A DNA stretch of 64,000 nt from assembly GCF_001194135.2 (NCBI RefSeq), contig NC_068985.1, forward strand, positions 18,437,040 through 18,501,039. Reading direction: 5' to 3'. This stretch comes from Octopus bimaculoides (taxonomy: Eukaryota). The notes beneath the pieces are model-generated. The model saw only the letters and a list, made by a program, of their open reading frames with translations, searched no databases and had not been told where the DNA came from. The translations under genes were made by a program, and so were the position numbers. Positions 49,168 to 62,582 of the stretch are shown piece after piece (within the stretch, counting starts at the first letter, position 1; each line of letters opens with the position of its first letter).

Positions 49168-51659
49168 GTAACATTTTTCACTATTCACTTCAAGTTAGAA
49201 GAAATTCCTTATCAACTGATATGATTTGTCCCTGAGATATTTAGGTTAAGAAGTATCTTCTTCTATAGCCTTGAGCTATTTTCATCTATGGACCCTTGAT
49301 TCCTATTTTACTTGGACGGACCCTCATAGTCATTCAATATTTTTATAAATCTTATTATATTTCTCTAATTAAATATTATGAGGAATTGTATTAAAAAAAT
49401 TGTTAAAATATTTTGTATATTGTTGAAGTATAACCAATTCATTGGAGACAAATTTCAACAATTAAATCTGATATGAACCTCCAAGGACCATATGGATCCT
49501 AGTTAAGAACCACTGGTCTAAGTGAATTTGGTCTATGGAAACTGTAGGAAGCCCTTCATATGCATGTGTATATGTATGTATGTATGTTAATGTCATTATT
49601 TGGGTGAAACAGTGGTAATGTTTACATTTCCTGTCGATATTATAACCAGCCATTCTGGTTTTTCAAAGCCATATAGAATAGAAAATCTCTTGCTTGAAAA
49701 ACAGGAGTGGGTTGGCATCAAGTAAGGTATCCAGCTGCTTAAAATCAATTTCCATTCAAGCCATGCTAACATGATAAAAATGGATGTTAAACAAACAAGT
49801 GAATGATGACCATTTCTTATTTATGATAGTGACGGTGTTATTTAGTTGCAGATCAGGCTTCATTGATCAGATCTGTAATCAAAGATATTCCAGCTTTGAC
49901 CATCATGTATTTTTGTCTATCTAAGACTAGTTGATAACTTTTGGTTTAGTCAGTGCTTCAGCATCTTAGACACTTGGCTATGGTAACTTTACTTGACCAC
50001 AATGCCTTTTTTTTATTTATTGCTTTAATTTTCTCTGCTACTTTATCACATTTCGGGCCATACACTGCTTATTGTCAACAAAAATTTGCAAAATAGTTTA
50101 TTTTGAAATTACTTTGTGGTTAAAATGTAAACATTTAAATCTTCACATTATTTTGTTCCTCTTCTTCCTCCAAATGGTCATACAAAAATCTATGCTCTTT
50201 GAAAATCAACACTGAACAATTCTGAGCCCATTCATCTTGGAGTCAGTATGTTTGTTTTCAGTATAATACACCTCATCTGCATCAGTGAAAATTGTTCTCT
50301 CTAATAAACTAATATATACAGACATTCTAAAGCGACCTGTCCTTTTTCATCACTCACTGCATTCACCTCTATCTCCATCTTTAATCATCTGTCACTCCCT
50401 TCTTATGTTCTCCTGAACTTATCCCTCTACTCTTTCTGTTTCTCTCTCCTTATTCTCTTTAATATTCATCTTGTTCTTGAGATACCCTGACACCTCATCA
50501 CCATTGTTCTTTTCTTTCTTCCCTGTTGGGCATAGCCATGTATCTCCTCCTCTACACCAAGACACCTGTTCTATTCCCTCTACCACCTCTCAACAACTTG
50601 TATAAAGCCACCTCCCTCTCTACCTCACTCAGTCAAAGGGTGAGACAGTCCTTGTGAGTTACTTGGTGACTTCTCTAGTATTGGTGCTACAAAAGAAAAA
50701 AAAAGCACCCAGTACACTCTGTAAAGTGATTGGCATTGAGAAAGTATCAAACCTTAGAAACCTTGCCAAAGTATACACTGGAGTTTGTCACTGTCCTTCA
50801 GCTTGTCAGATACTGTCAAACCTCCAGCCCATGTCAGCATGGAATTCTGGGCATTAAATAATGATGACGATGAAATTCACTGGTTTTGGTTTTAAACAAA
50901 ATCAATAGGAAAGTTGCAAACGTTGAAAAATCTAGCAAGCAAAATATCTGTATGCATTTTACATCATACACTGCAATGAACAGGTATTAAAGAGTTGGAC
51001 AGTATTACAAGGCTGCCAGTTTATTTATAGAAGACGTATATAATTAGCTGAATTGGCTCTAAATTATCCTGAGGGGGTGAAAAGCAGTTTCAGTTTTAGC
51101 ATGATTTGAACTCAGCCATAAGGCAAAAATTTAAGCTGGGTGACATTTAGTGCAGTGTTCTACCAATTCTATTAGTCTTCTATGTTACATACTAATCTAA
51201 TTTTATATATTTAACCTTTAACTCCTATAAAGTATACCTATAGGGTATACTTAATGACACAGCAACTAATTCATATTCCTATTAAGAATATAATTATCTG
51301 TTTGGCTTAATATAATAATATAGGCCAAAATTTGTTGAGGATTATTGAGGTTGTTGATGTTTTAATTAATAATAAGCTAAGTGTATCAGACAGATGCATT
51401 TTTTCTAGCGGTTTTTTACTGATAATCTGAAAGAATTGTAAAATTTGTCTAACAGTTTTCATTTTCTTTTTTTATTTGACACTACATGATATTTCAAGAT
51501 CAACAAAAAAACCCACTTTAATTTAACTATCTCTGCTTCCCACTCAAAACTTATATTTGTATGAAAGTAGTTTCTGTAGATGGTGGTGGTGGTGAACCCT
51601 CTTATTACTTCAAGAAGTGAGGTGTTCAGCAAGACACAGTACAAAAATATAAAGACAAC

Positions 51660-52760
51660 CGTCACCCTGTGTACAGGATCAAAGCTGAAGACTGAATAGC
51701 ATCTCCACCTGTCCCTGTTGCCTCTTTTCCTATCACCATTGAACTTATGAAGAAAGTGTGTTGGTGCTGGTGTCTTGGTTTGCTGAGCAACCTACATGAT
51801 AAATATTCTTATAGTGGGCATGGTTTGTGCTGAGCCAAACTCACTCTCGTCCTTCAAATGTATATTCATCTGGTTGCAATGCTTGCATGAATTCCTGTGA
51901 CTTTCTGTCATCATCCAATTTTATTGTTCATCATATTTGTCAGGTTAGAAGGATTGCAGTTTATGTCGTCACAAATCACTTTGATATAGATCTTGGTTTT
52001 GTCCTCTGCTAGCTCTTCTTTGTGTAGGCTCCCACAAAAGAACTGTACTAACAATTTCGTCTTTAGCTCACCAGCAAAACTCTGTGAATCTAACTCTATT
52101 CTCTTTGATGATGTCTGATACGAACTGAAGGTTCCCATACAATTGCTCATTGGTCAGACAATCTCTGCAAGTGACACAGTTATCAGTCTCTGTGTTAACT
52201 CTGACAAAGCAGAATACATAAGCTTAAATCCAAATGGAACAATCAAATCATTATCTAGCATACCTCTCAAATGTGTAGAAGAATTTACTTATGTAAGTAG
52301 CAAAATATCTAACTGTGGGAGTGATATAAAAACATGTATTGGTAAAGCCTGGGCTACCGTCAACAAGTTTTCTCTTGTGTGGAAATCTAAACTTCTAGAA
52401 AATATGAAAAGGAGTTTCTTTCAAGCCACTGTTTCCTGTTTTATTTATGTCTCTTCAGCATGGATCCTTACCTCAAAACATATTGGCCTGGAATAACAAG
52501 TGCTACAAGCCTAGTAGCTTATCAGGATGCTGGATATATGGAGTTACCTTCTCTTAGATGAACAGTTAAAGAGCTCAAGTGCCTCATCTGCCCTTGGTCC
52601 ATTTGGGTGTCTGTCAGTGACCCTCATCCAAAAGCAATTCTTTGACATGCTAATTAACCCATGGCTGAGCTGGGATCCTAGAAGGTGCTACTACTCCAGG
52701 TTAGAACCATAGTGGCTAAAAGGTGGTTCAACAGAGCATAGTTTTCTCGAGATGTGTCTG
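51660..52760. mobile_element. Two RTEX-like LINE 3' fragments in opposite orientation
   Basis: Plus 52150-52760: VNSDKAEYI...FTYV.S.I....IGKAW...WKS...MKRSFFQA. Minus 51830-52145: QLYGNL...FCW*.KDEIVS.VLLWEP...RG. Confidence 0.65.
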
Positions 52761-52852
52761 CTCAAACTAGTGAAAGAGTACTATGTCCATTACTTAACTA
52801 TTCTTAAGTACAGATGTTTTTAATGCATTTTTCTATGTAAAACTTATTGCAG

Positions 52853-52933
52853 GATGTTCCAGGAAACACAATGCTAAGTGTAGGCCATGTTGTAACAACA
52901 AGTGTCGGAATGTGTGATATTGATATACGACCG
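52853..52933 (+). CDS. ACTL6A: ACTL6A exon: [27 protein letters not shown]
   Basis: ttgcag|GATGTT...CGACCG|gtaagt, 81 nt. [21 protein letters not shown] motif. Confidence 0.97.
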
Positions 52934-53427
52934 GTAAGTTAATCAATTTTACCTTTCTTATTGCTACTCATGTGTGGCGTCTTATTTTTTAGGAATTTGT
53001 TAAAAATGTGTGTGTGTGCCAGATGTATACTTCTGTCAGTGTTGTCTCTATATACACATGATGTGGGTGTGTGTGTCTGTGTGTCTATACTCTATATTAG
53101 TGTTTCTCAACCTTTTTACTCTTTCCTGCTGAACCCTAGGTTTCCGTGGAACTCTGGTTGAGAAATGCTGCTGTGTGTGTATACAGACACATATACACAT
53201 ATGTGTGCTAGGATTTATGTGTAGTTTTATATCTCTGTCAGTCTGTGTACGCACATGTGTGAGTCTGTATATGTCATTTAGACTGCTTCGAAGAATTTTA
53301 GTCGAACAATTTGACTCCAGGAGTTAATACATACATTTTTGCTGAAGCGCTAAGTTATGGGGAAGTCAACACACCAACATTGATTGTCAAGTTGCAGGTG
53401 GTACACACACAGACACACGCACCCACA

Positions 53428-53469
<42 letters not shown>

Positions 53470-54091
53470 GATATATATATATAGTTGAAAAATGATTAGA
53501 GATCTATACAAATCAAATTTTTATATATAAAAGGTGGAGGTAGAAATAGCACAAAAGTAAATTTAAGACATTTTAATTTAAGAAGGAATTTAATAAAAAT
53601 GATTTTAAAAATCATATTAAGAAAATATTACCAATTTCGATGATGAATCTCATCTTATCAAATATCAGGAAAAATTTATAAAAATTTGAAGTAAAAACAG
53701 TTTATTTTCTGTCAGGGGGTCAAAAATATGTCTGGAGATTTTTCGTTGAAGTCTTCTTTTAATATAGTTTGGTATAGAGTTCAAAGTGTTAGTGAGAGAG
53801 AGAGTGTAGTTATCTTTTGTCTAAAAGAAAACTTTGTGGATTCCTACCAAGGGAGTGACTTAAAAGCATTTATTGAATGGGTTTTGTCTCTACTTGTGTG
53901 TGTGTGTGTGTGTGTATTGTGCTGAATGTCCTTTCAATATGTTTGGAATGTGACCAGCTGTGTGTTGATGGGTGTGTATGTTGTGATGAATGTCTTATTG
54001 AGCATAGAATAGATGAGCCATAAAGGCCGAGAGATAGGCTTGGAAAAACTGGAAGAAAGGGAACATCAAAGAGCAATATCAAATCATCGTA

Positions 54092-54441
54092 GCACTCTGT
54101 CGGTTACGACGACGAGGGTTCCAGTTGATCTGATCAATGGAACAGCCTGCTTGTGAAATTAATGTGCAAGTGGCTGAGCACTCCACAGACATGGGGAGAT
54201 TCAGCATGACACAGTGTGTGACAAGGCTGGCCCTTCAAAATACAGGTACAACAGAAACAGAAAGGAAGAGTGAGAGAAAATTGTGGTGAAAGTACAGCAG
54301 GGTTCACCACCACTCCCTGCTGGAACCTTGTGCAGCTTTAGGTGTTTTTGCTCAATAAACACACTCAACACTCGGTCTGGGAATCGAAACTGCGATCCTA
54401 TTACCATGAGTCCGCTGCCTTAACCACTGGGCCATTGCACC
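54092..54441 (-). mobile_element. SINE family C
   Basis: Reverse complement of 6629-7005 with a small deletion. Confidence 0.85.
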
Positions 54442-54619
54442 TCCTCATCAAATTGTAAGAAAAGAAGTTAGACATCAGCTTTACTTAGCAAAGGTAGAAG
54501 TTGAGGATCAGAAGTTTGCCAATTCTCTAAGACATGAGGATCAGAAGTGAGGAGTGACAGTTTGTGAGGCAGTGTGTGAGAAAAAAATCCAGATGTTACT
54601 GGGAAAAAATATGTATAGA

Positions 54620-55870
54620 AGGATAATAACACTCTTGCTCTTAGACTAGAAAGAAAGAATGCTGTGATGAGAAGTGTTTTGAACAAGGAGAATGTATGAG
54701 AGAAAGCAGGATCTTCTCTATGGAAGCCCAACAGAACCAATAGTTTTTCAAGTTGTCAGCAGGATAGTAGCTGGTGATTAAGGATGTGAAGACAGGAAAT
54801 TTATCAAGTGCATCAGGAATTACTGCTGAAATGCTTAAAGTGTGCTCACAATAATTCAAGTTGTACAGGATATAGTAGTTGCTGATATACTAGTTGTATA
54901 TCAGCAGCTTTATTAACTACTACAAGGGCAAAACGGACATAATAGAGAGAGGAAACTACAAAGTGTTAAACTGTTAGATCAGTTAATGAAAGTGACCAAA
55001 AGAATTATAATGCAGTTGATGAGTAAGAGAATTATCATAAATGTGATGCAGTTTAGTTTTATACTAGGAAGAAGTACTATTGATGTTCTCTTCCTAGTGA
55101 GACAGCTGTAGGTGAAGTATTTAGTCAGAAGTACACCCACTTCCTGTACTTGATATTTGTCAACCTAGTGAAAGTTTTAGTGAAGTCATATGGCTTAGTG
55201 GTTAGGATATTTGGCTCATGATCATTAGGTCATGAGTTCAATTCCCAGCTCTGCATTGTGTCCTTGAGCGAGACATTTTATTTCATGTTTCTCCAGTCCA
55301 CTCAGTGGACAAAAATGAGTAGTACCTTTATTTCAAAGAGCCAGCCTTGTCACACTCTGTGTCATGTTGGATCTTCCTAAGAACTACCTTAAGGGTACGG
55401 GCGTCTGTGGAGTGCTCAGCCACGTGCACATTAATTTCATGAGCAGGCTGTTCCGTTGATTGGATCAACCAGAACTGTTGTCACAACTGATGGAGTGCAA
55501 GTTGAAAGCTTTGATAAAATTCCATGCTCTGTGATCTGGTGGTCATCGAGAAAGCTTGAATTAGATAAACGGCTTGTAATAGTTGTACAAGCAACATACA
55601 GTGATACAGTTGGTATGGTAAAAGTTAGTAATGAGTAGGGGGATGAATTCAATATGAAGGTGGGAGTACATTGGGGCAAAGTGCTCTGCTCCTTGCTGTT
55701 CATTTTAGTCCTTGAAACCATAACGGGAATTTAAGTGGCTGCCTGTGGGAACTCCCGTGTGCTGATGACTTAGTTCTTTTAGCTGAATCTGTCGCAGAAT
55801 TAGGAAAGATATTCTAGGCATGGAAGCAAAACCTAGAATCAAAAGACCTCAAAATAAATTTAGCAATGAC
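54620..55870 (+). mobile_element. Decayed RTE LINE RT fragment interrupted by a SINE (about 55175-55500)
   Basis: GITAEMLK, YKGK.D...RGNY, QF.FI.GR, KVGVH.G..L..LLF, ADDLVL.AES, WKQNLESKDLKINL motifs, with stops and frameshifts. Confidence 0.8.
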
Positions 55871-56105
55871 TTTCTACAGCTAGATGCCTGACCTCTCTCC
55901 AAAACATACTTGTTCCCAAGCAAGATGATATTAGCCCATCACCAGACATGGTCTTATGGAAAGACATGGAAGGCATTCACTGATTATGCTTAATGTATCA
56001 CTAATTTTTATGTCTATTTCAATAAATGTACATAAAGTCCTACATACACAAACATGCTAAATTTTGTATGTAATTATTCTAACGATTGTCTTCTCTTATC
56101 TTCAG

Positions 56106-56201
56106 AGTCTATACAGCAGTGTAATTGCAGTTGGAGGGAATACGCTTTTACAAGGATTCACTGATAGACTTAATAGAGACCTTAGTACAAAGACTCCACC
56201 T
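56106..56201 (+). CDS. ACTL6A: ACTL6A exon: [32 protein letters not shown] (last exon found; the two 3' exons are presumably beyond the window)
   Basis: cttcag|AGTCTA...CCACCT|gtaagt, 96 nt. GGNTL..FTDRLNR.L..KTPP motif. Confidence 0.96.
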
Positions 56202-56536
56202 GTAAGTAACATTATTCCTGATTAAAATTTTATATTCACAATATTCAAATTCATCTTGTTTTTGTTTTAACCACATTTTAAACATGATCCATATCAATAA
56301 ACATATATAAAAAAGAGCTCTTTAATCCTCACTGCACTCTATCAGCATCATCATCATCATGCATCTGCTTTCCATGCAGGCATGGGTTGGACAGTTCAAC
56401 AGGATCTCATTAATTTGAAGACCACATTTTGCTCCAAAGTCTCAGTTTTGATATGGTTCCTATGGCTGGATACCCTTTCTGACTGACAGAAGAGTCTATT
56501 GGATGCATTTTTTTTGTAGCACCAGTTCTATAGAAA

Positions 56537-56575
<39 letters not shown>

Positions 56576-57324
56576 AGGCTAAAGTATGCACTTGATCCTA
56601 TGTTGTCTCTGCTTGGTTTGCCAGCCACTTTACAGTGTCTACTGGGTGCTTTTTTTCATGGCACTAGCACCAGTGTGATTGCCTTATATCTTCAATGTAA
56701 AAAATATTATAAAAATAGGTACAGGCATAGCTGTGTGGTTAAATAGTTTGCTTCTCAATCATCTGGTCTCAAGTTCAGTCTCACTGTACAACATCATGGG
56801 TAAGTGCCTTCTACTTTCACCCTGGGCCAATCAAAGCCCTGAAAGCAGCTTGTTGTAGATACATGTGTATGTGTAAGAGCATCATGATTATACAATGTCA
56901 TTCATTTCTTATCTTCCATGAAAAAATATGTCTGACCATGGGGGAAATATTACCTTATTTGGAAACAAGTTGGTGACAGGAAAGGCATCCAACTGTAGAA
57001 AAGAATTTGCTTCAATGAATTCCATGTAACCCATATAAGCATAGAAAAGTAGGCATAACAACATTGATGATGGTAATGTACATCTAATCACATTGACCAT
57101 TGAATCAAAGAATTGTTTCACAGATAGGCACAGCTGTGGCTGTATGGTTAAGAAGTTTACTTCCCAACCACATTGTTTCAAGTTCAGTCCTACTGCATGG
57201 TACCTTGGACAAGTGTCTTCTACTATAGTCCCTGGACTGCTCAAGGCTTTGTGAGTGGATTTGATAGATGCAAGCTAAAAATAGCCCAGTGTGTGTTTGT
57301 GCTACCTTGTCTTCATCGTCATCA

Positions 57325-57620
57325 TCATCGTTGTTTAACGTCCGCTTTCCATGCTAGCATGGGTTGCATGATTTGACTGAGGACTGGTGGACCAGGAGGT
57401 GACACCAGGCTCCAATCTGATTTAGCAGAGTTTCTACAGCTGGATGCCCTTCCTAATGCCAACCACTCTGAGAGTGTAGTGGGTGCTTTTACGTGTCACC
57501 GGCATGAAGGCCAGTCAGGCGGTACTGGCGACGGCCATGCTCGAAATGGTGTATTTTATGTGCCACCTGCACAGGAGCTAGTCCATCGGCACTGGCAACG
57601 ATCTCGCTTGAATGTCTTTT
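57325..57620 (-). mobile_element. SINE family B
   Basis: Colinear reverse of 48100-48425. Confidence 0.8.
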
Positions 57621-57903
57621 CACGTGCCATTGTTAAGGAATGTCCTTTATTTCCAATATACTCCATGGAAAATATTACCTTGGTTGGTGACAGGAATCGT
57701 ATGCAGCTGTAGAAAATTTGCCTCCAAAAACTCTCTCTGACCCATGCAAGTATGAAGAGGAGGATGTTACGATGATGACTGACATTTGGCATATGCTACA
57801 AAAAGCCATCTATGAATATTTTACTACCACATTTTTTTTTTTGTATAATTCCATCGTAGTTAAACTTTTCTCCAGAGCATATTGCTACATCATCATCATT
57901 TAA

Positions 57904-58376
57904 CCCTTTTGATACCAGCTCACCTGAGACTGCCCCAGGTTCTTTGACATAAACTTATTGTTTTAAAGTGGTCTAAATTATAATCTTCCATCAAAATTTT
58001 ATGCTAATTTGTTCCAAACACTATCTTAATAATGAGAAAACTATTTTACCAAATTCTTCATTCTTTAAAAAATTTAATTGATACAGTGGCAGTATATATT
58101 AACAGAAATATGGTATCAAAAGAAGGCGGTGAGCTGGCAGAAAAGTTAGCATGCCAGGCGAAATGCTTAGTGGTATTTCATCTGCCGTTACGTTCTGGGT
58201 TCAAATTCCATCAAGGTTGACTTTGCCTTTCATCCTTTCGGGGTCGATAAATTAAGTATTTGTTACACACTGGAGTCGATGTAATCGACTTAATCCCTTT
58301 GTCTGTCCTTGTTTGTCCCCTCTATGTTTAGCCCCTTGTGGGCAGTAAAGAAATAAGAAATATGGTAACAAAAGGG
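57904..58376 (+). mobile_element. piggyBac-type MITE family G with nested SINE E (58122-58355)
   Basis: TTAA on both sides; SINE flanked by a 19-bp duplication agaaatatggta(t/a)caaaag. Confidence 0.8.
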
Positions 58377-59426
58377 TTAATGTCTGTTTTCCATGCTTGC
58401 ATGGGTTGGATGCTTCAACAGGAGCTGGCAAACTGGAGAGCTGCACCAGACTCCATTTGTCTGTTTTGCTATGGTTTCTACAGCTGGATACCTGTCCTAA
58501 TGCCAATCACTTTACTGAGTGTGCTGGGTGCTTTTTACATGACACCAATGCAGCTGCTTTTTACATGGCACCAGCACAGGTGCTTTTTTCTGTGGTGCCA
58601 GCATGAATACTTTTTACACTTTGTGAGTGGATTTGATAGGCTGAAACTAAAAATAGCCCAGTATGTGTGTTTGTGCCACCTTGTCTACACTCTCAGGGTG
58701 GTTGGCTACTCTCTCAGACTGGTTGGCGTTAGGAAGGGCATCCAAGTGTAGAAACTTTTGCCAGATCAGATTGAGCCTGGTGCAGCCTCTGGCTCGTCAG
58801 TCTTCAGTCAAACCGTCCAACCCATGCCAGCATGGAAAGCAGACGTTAAACGATGATGATGAGTATATATCTATTTTTTCCAGTGTGTGTGTGTGTCTGA
58901 GGAGTGTACTTACATAAAAAAAATATATAGCTTGCAGATTGTGGACTGGCAAAGTTGTCAGAGTATTGGTAAATATCCCTTGTAGTATTCCTTCTGACTC
59001 TTTTCATGGCCTAGGGAAATCTACTTTGTCTTTCCTTCTGGGGATTGATAAATTTCAGTACCAGTCCAGGGCAGTGGATTACTGAAATTGTGTTCTAAGT
59101 TTGTCTGCAATGACACCATTGACCCCTTGACCCATGCTTTTCTTTTGGTCAACATTGATGGTGTGCAGGGGAGGAGACTTACTCTATGGGAAACATTGGT
59201 CTTAAAAATAAAAATAAGAAAATCGTTTACTTTGGCCTGTAACTGGAGAGGAATATTACAGGTGCATATATCTGATCAACTGTGACTGTCAGAGGCCTCA
59301 GATATATTGTGTACTATCACTTGAACCTATGTTTCTTGCTTTGATGATGATCTTTATTATTGTTTTTATATCATTCTTTCCACACTGGCACAGATCTTGT
59401 TAGTCATATGTCATCATATTCTAAAG

Positions 59427-59958
59427 CTGGGGTGGGGAAATCTCTACTCGTGGGCGCATTTGCACCCACGAGCCCATTTTATTTCGCCCGCAGACTGATA
59501 TACTTGAATGTACAAAATATAGTAAATTTTTCAATTATAAAATTTATACAATATTCATATACCTATTTGCGACATATGTCACGTTTCCACTACGACTTAA
59601 AACGGTTAGACTCGAACAGAAAATTGCCTGGTAATTGCCATTTGAATGGAAATTTTGTTTTCACTATAAAACACATATTGCTAGGTTTGTACTACCCCCT
59701 TGAGACCCAACTACACTCTAGCTGAAAAATATAGAATACCACATAAGTAATACAAATGTCCTAAATTCAGTGGCAGCATTAATGAAGATGTTACATGTTA
59801 ATTTAATGTGTTAAACTTATCTTTATTAATGTATATTGAATTATACATAGATATATACAAGATCTACATGGATATAAGAGTCAGAACTTGTGATCCGTCC
59901 GCAGACCTTTTCCTTTGTAAATTTTTGCCTGCTGCACTAAAAAGTTTCCCCACCCCTC
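59427..59958. mobile_element. hAT-superfamily MITE with perfect 8-bp TSD
   Basis: TTCTAAAG|CTGGGGTGGGGAAA ... TTTCCCCACCCCTC|TTCTAAAG. Confidence 0.85.
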
Positions 59959-60157
59959 TTCTAAAGGTTATTTTCCATGAACTTGCTGCTTTTTCAAACT
60001 CACTATTATCATCTTGTGTTTCTCCGGTCTATGATATTCAATCCTTTAAGCTTTTCGTCAGTTGATATCTTTTGAATTTGTAGGCCTCCTTCTTTTCTTT
60101 CTTTCTTGTCTCTTATACTACATTGGCCTCAAGTCTTGTTTGGAACAAAATCATTAA

Positions 60158-60197
<40 letters not shown>

Positions 60198-61521
60198 GGG
60201 GGTCTGTTCCAGTAAACCATGCTTCTAATTGCTGTCAGTCCTCATGTGCTACACACATCTTCAGAGGAAACCAACTTTTATTGTTGTATATATCATGTTC
60301 TTTTCTCTATTTTGTATTGTTTTTGTAACTAGATGATCTTATCACTAACTACTTAACAACTGGCACGAGAGAGGTTATCTGTCAAGACTAAAGATGCCTC
60401 TCTAGTCTGTATCTGTTTCAAGTTACTGTCCTTCGAGATGAGTTACATTCACTGTGGCCTATGGAGTGCACATCATCTCTGTGCAATTATGGCAAAAACT
60501 ATTTTTGAATACTATTGGATTTATTTGGAGTACCCAACTTCCATTTAGATTATCTTCATTGCAGCTGAGAAGTTGCATCTCTCTGTAATGTAGAGACTAT
60601 GAAGAGGATTCATAGTGGCAGCCTTAAGACATTAAGAATAAAGGTTGTCTTCATGGTTTTGACAGAGAACTTAGTTACCTAACTGAGAACAAAACAATTT
60701 CTATTGTGCAGGTGTCTTTGTATTTGTCTCCCATCCCTCATCGCTTGACAACCAATGTTGGTTTGTTTATGTTCCTGTAACTTAGTTGCTTGGTGAAAAG
60801 GAAAGATAGAATAAGTACCAGATTTGAAAAAAATATAAGTCCTGGGGTCGATTTGTTTGATGAAGCCCTTCGAGGCAGTGTTCTAGCATGGCTGCTGTCC
60901 AATAACTGAAACAAGTGAAAAAAAAAACAACTTTTTCTCTGCAGTGGGGCCAACAAATATAAAACAATAGTTGAAAATATAGTTTAAAGCTAGAGTAGCA
61001 TGTGTCCCGGTATTTAATTTTTAGTCAAGCCAATAACCCTTTTGATACCAAACTGTTGAAGCTTTCCCCTGGTTTTATGATATAAATTTCCCATTTTAAC
61101 CCTTTAGCATTCAGGTTTCTCTGTCAAACGTAATGCTTGTTTATTCACATTGTTTTGAATTAATCATGCATTATCTCATAGCTTCAAGATTTCAACGTTG
61201 TGATTGTTTATTTTTAAAATTACATTGCAGAATAGGTGCAAGAGGCCAGATCTGTCCAGTTTTACCATAAAATAGGTAGAATATTTGGGCTGGATATGAC
61301 TGGTTTAAATGCTAATGTGATCAAAATTCAAGTTGGTTTATGTTCCAAACACCAAGTTAACCCTTTAGTATTTAAACTGGCCATATCTGACTCAAATATT
61401 TTGTATTTTATGTTGAAACCAGTCAGATCTGGCCTCTCACAATGTTGTTCTAAAAATAAACAATCATATCAAGATTTTGAAAAGAAATGAGATAATGCAT
61501 GATTAATTCAAAACAATGTGA

Positions 61522-61886
61522 ACAAGAGCACTCAGAGAGCGCAAACCTCCGCCAAGGCAATACCAATGTCCTCTCAACGATTAGCTGGTGATGATTTTTA
61601 AAATGAGAATATCTGAAATAAACTTGACTGTTCTCACAAACGAGAATACTAAACATGAATCTGACCACTCTCAAATTGTGAAAAAAAATAACGGGAAAAC
61701 AATCCAGAATTCTTGTTCGGTACCAGATCAGTCCCTAAATCTAATCAGTTCATGCCAGTCACAAGGCCAAACATCCCTGAAAGTTTCATCCGAATCCATC
61801 CAGCAGTTCTTGAGATATCTTGTCCACGGACAAACAAACAAACACGACTGAAAACAATACCTCCTCCTTCGCTAAGGCAGAGGCAA
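61522..61886 (+). mobile_element. Helentron-associated (HINE/Pearl-like) non-autonomous element inserted in a family F MITE
   Basis: 5' acctccgcc repeat complementary to 3' ggcagagg; 3' stem-loop cctcctccttcgctaaggcagagg; (CAAA)n tract; no TSD at the host gaa|taaa site. Confidence 0.65.
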
Positions 61887-62139
61887 TAAATAAGCTTTAC
61901 ATTTGACAGAATAATCTGAATGCTGAAGATATTTTACTAAATTTTCTATTTTCAAAATTATTTGAAATGAAAGGAATATATTTGTATAGTTCAGCAGAGA
62001 TATATAAAAAAAGTTAAATTTAGTATTTGAATATTAATTTTCTAGCAATGTACTACGTAATTGTATTTTCTCCTTTCTGTACCTTTCATTAAATCTTTTA
62101 TCGTTTAATCTAATAATAGTGATGATTATGCAGTGTTAC

Positions 62140-62582
62140 GTGTGTTTGTGTTTGTCCCCCCAACATCGCTTGACAACCGATGGTGGTGTGTTTGTGTCCC
62201 CATAACTTAGTAGTTCGGCATAGGTGTCCGATAATATAGGTACTAGGCTTACAAAGAATAAGTCCTGGGGTCGATTTGCTCGACTAAAGGCGGTGCTCCA
62301 GCATGACCGCAGTCAAATGACTGAAACAAGTAAAAGAGTAAAGAGAGTAAGAGTATGTATTTGTGTATGTATCTGAGTGTCTGTGTTTGTCCCCCCACTA
62401 TCGCTTGACAACCGATGGTGGTGTGTTTACATCCCCATAACTTAGTAGTTCGGCATAGGTGTCCGATAATATAGGTACTAGGCTTACAAAGAATAAGTCC
62501 TGGGGTCAATTTGCTCGACTAAAGGTGGTGCTCCAGCATGACCACAGTCAAATGACTGAAACGAGTAAAAGAGTAAAAGAGT
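62140..62582 (+). repeat. Tandem duplicate of a SINE A 3' half
   Basis: Both units share private variants (tagtagttcggcataggtgtccgataatataggtac). Confidence 0.85.

Noticed and set aside
51228-51251. Short palindrome aagtatacc-tata-gggtatactt
   Set aside because: Isolated, AT-rich and short, with no associated structure.
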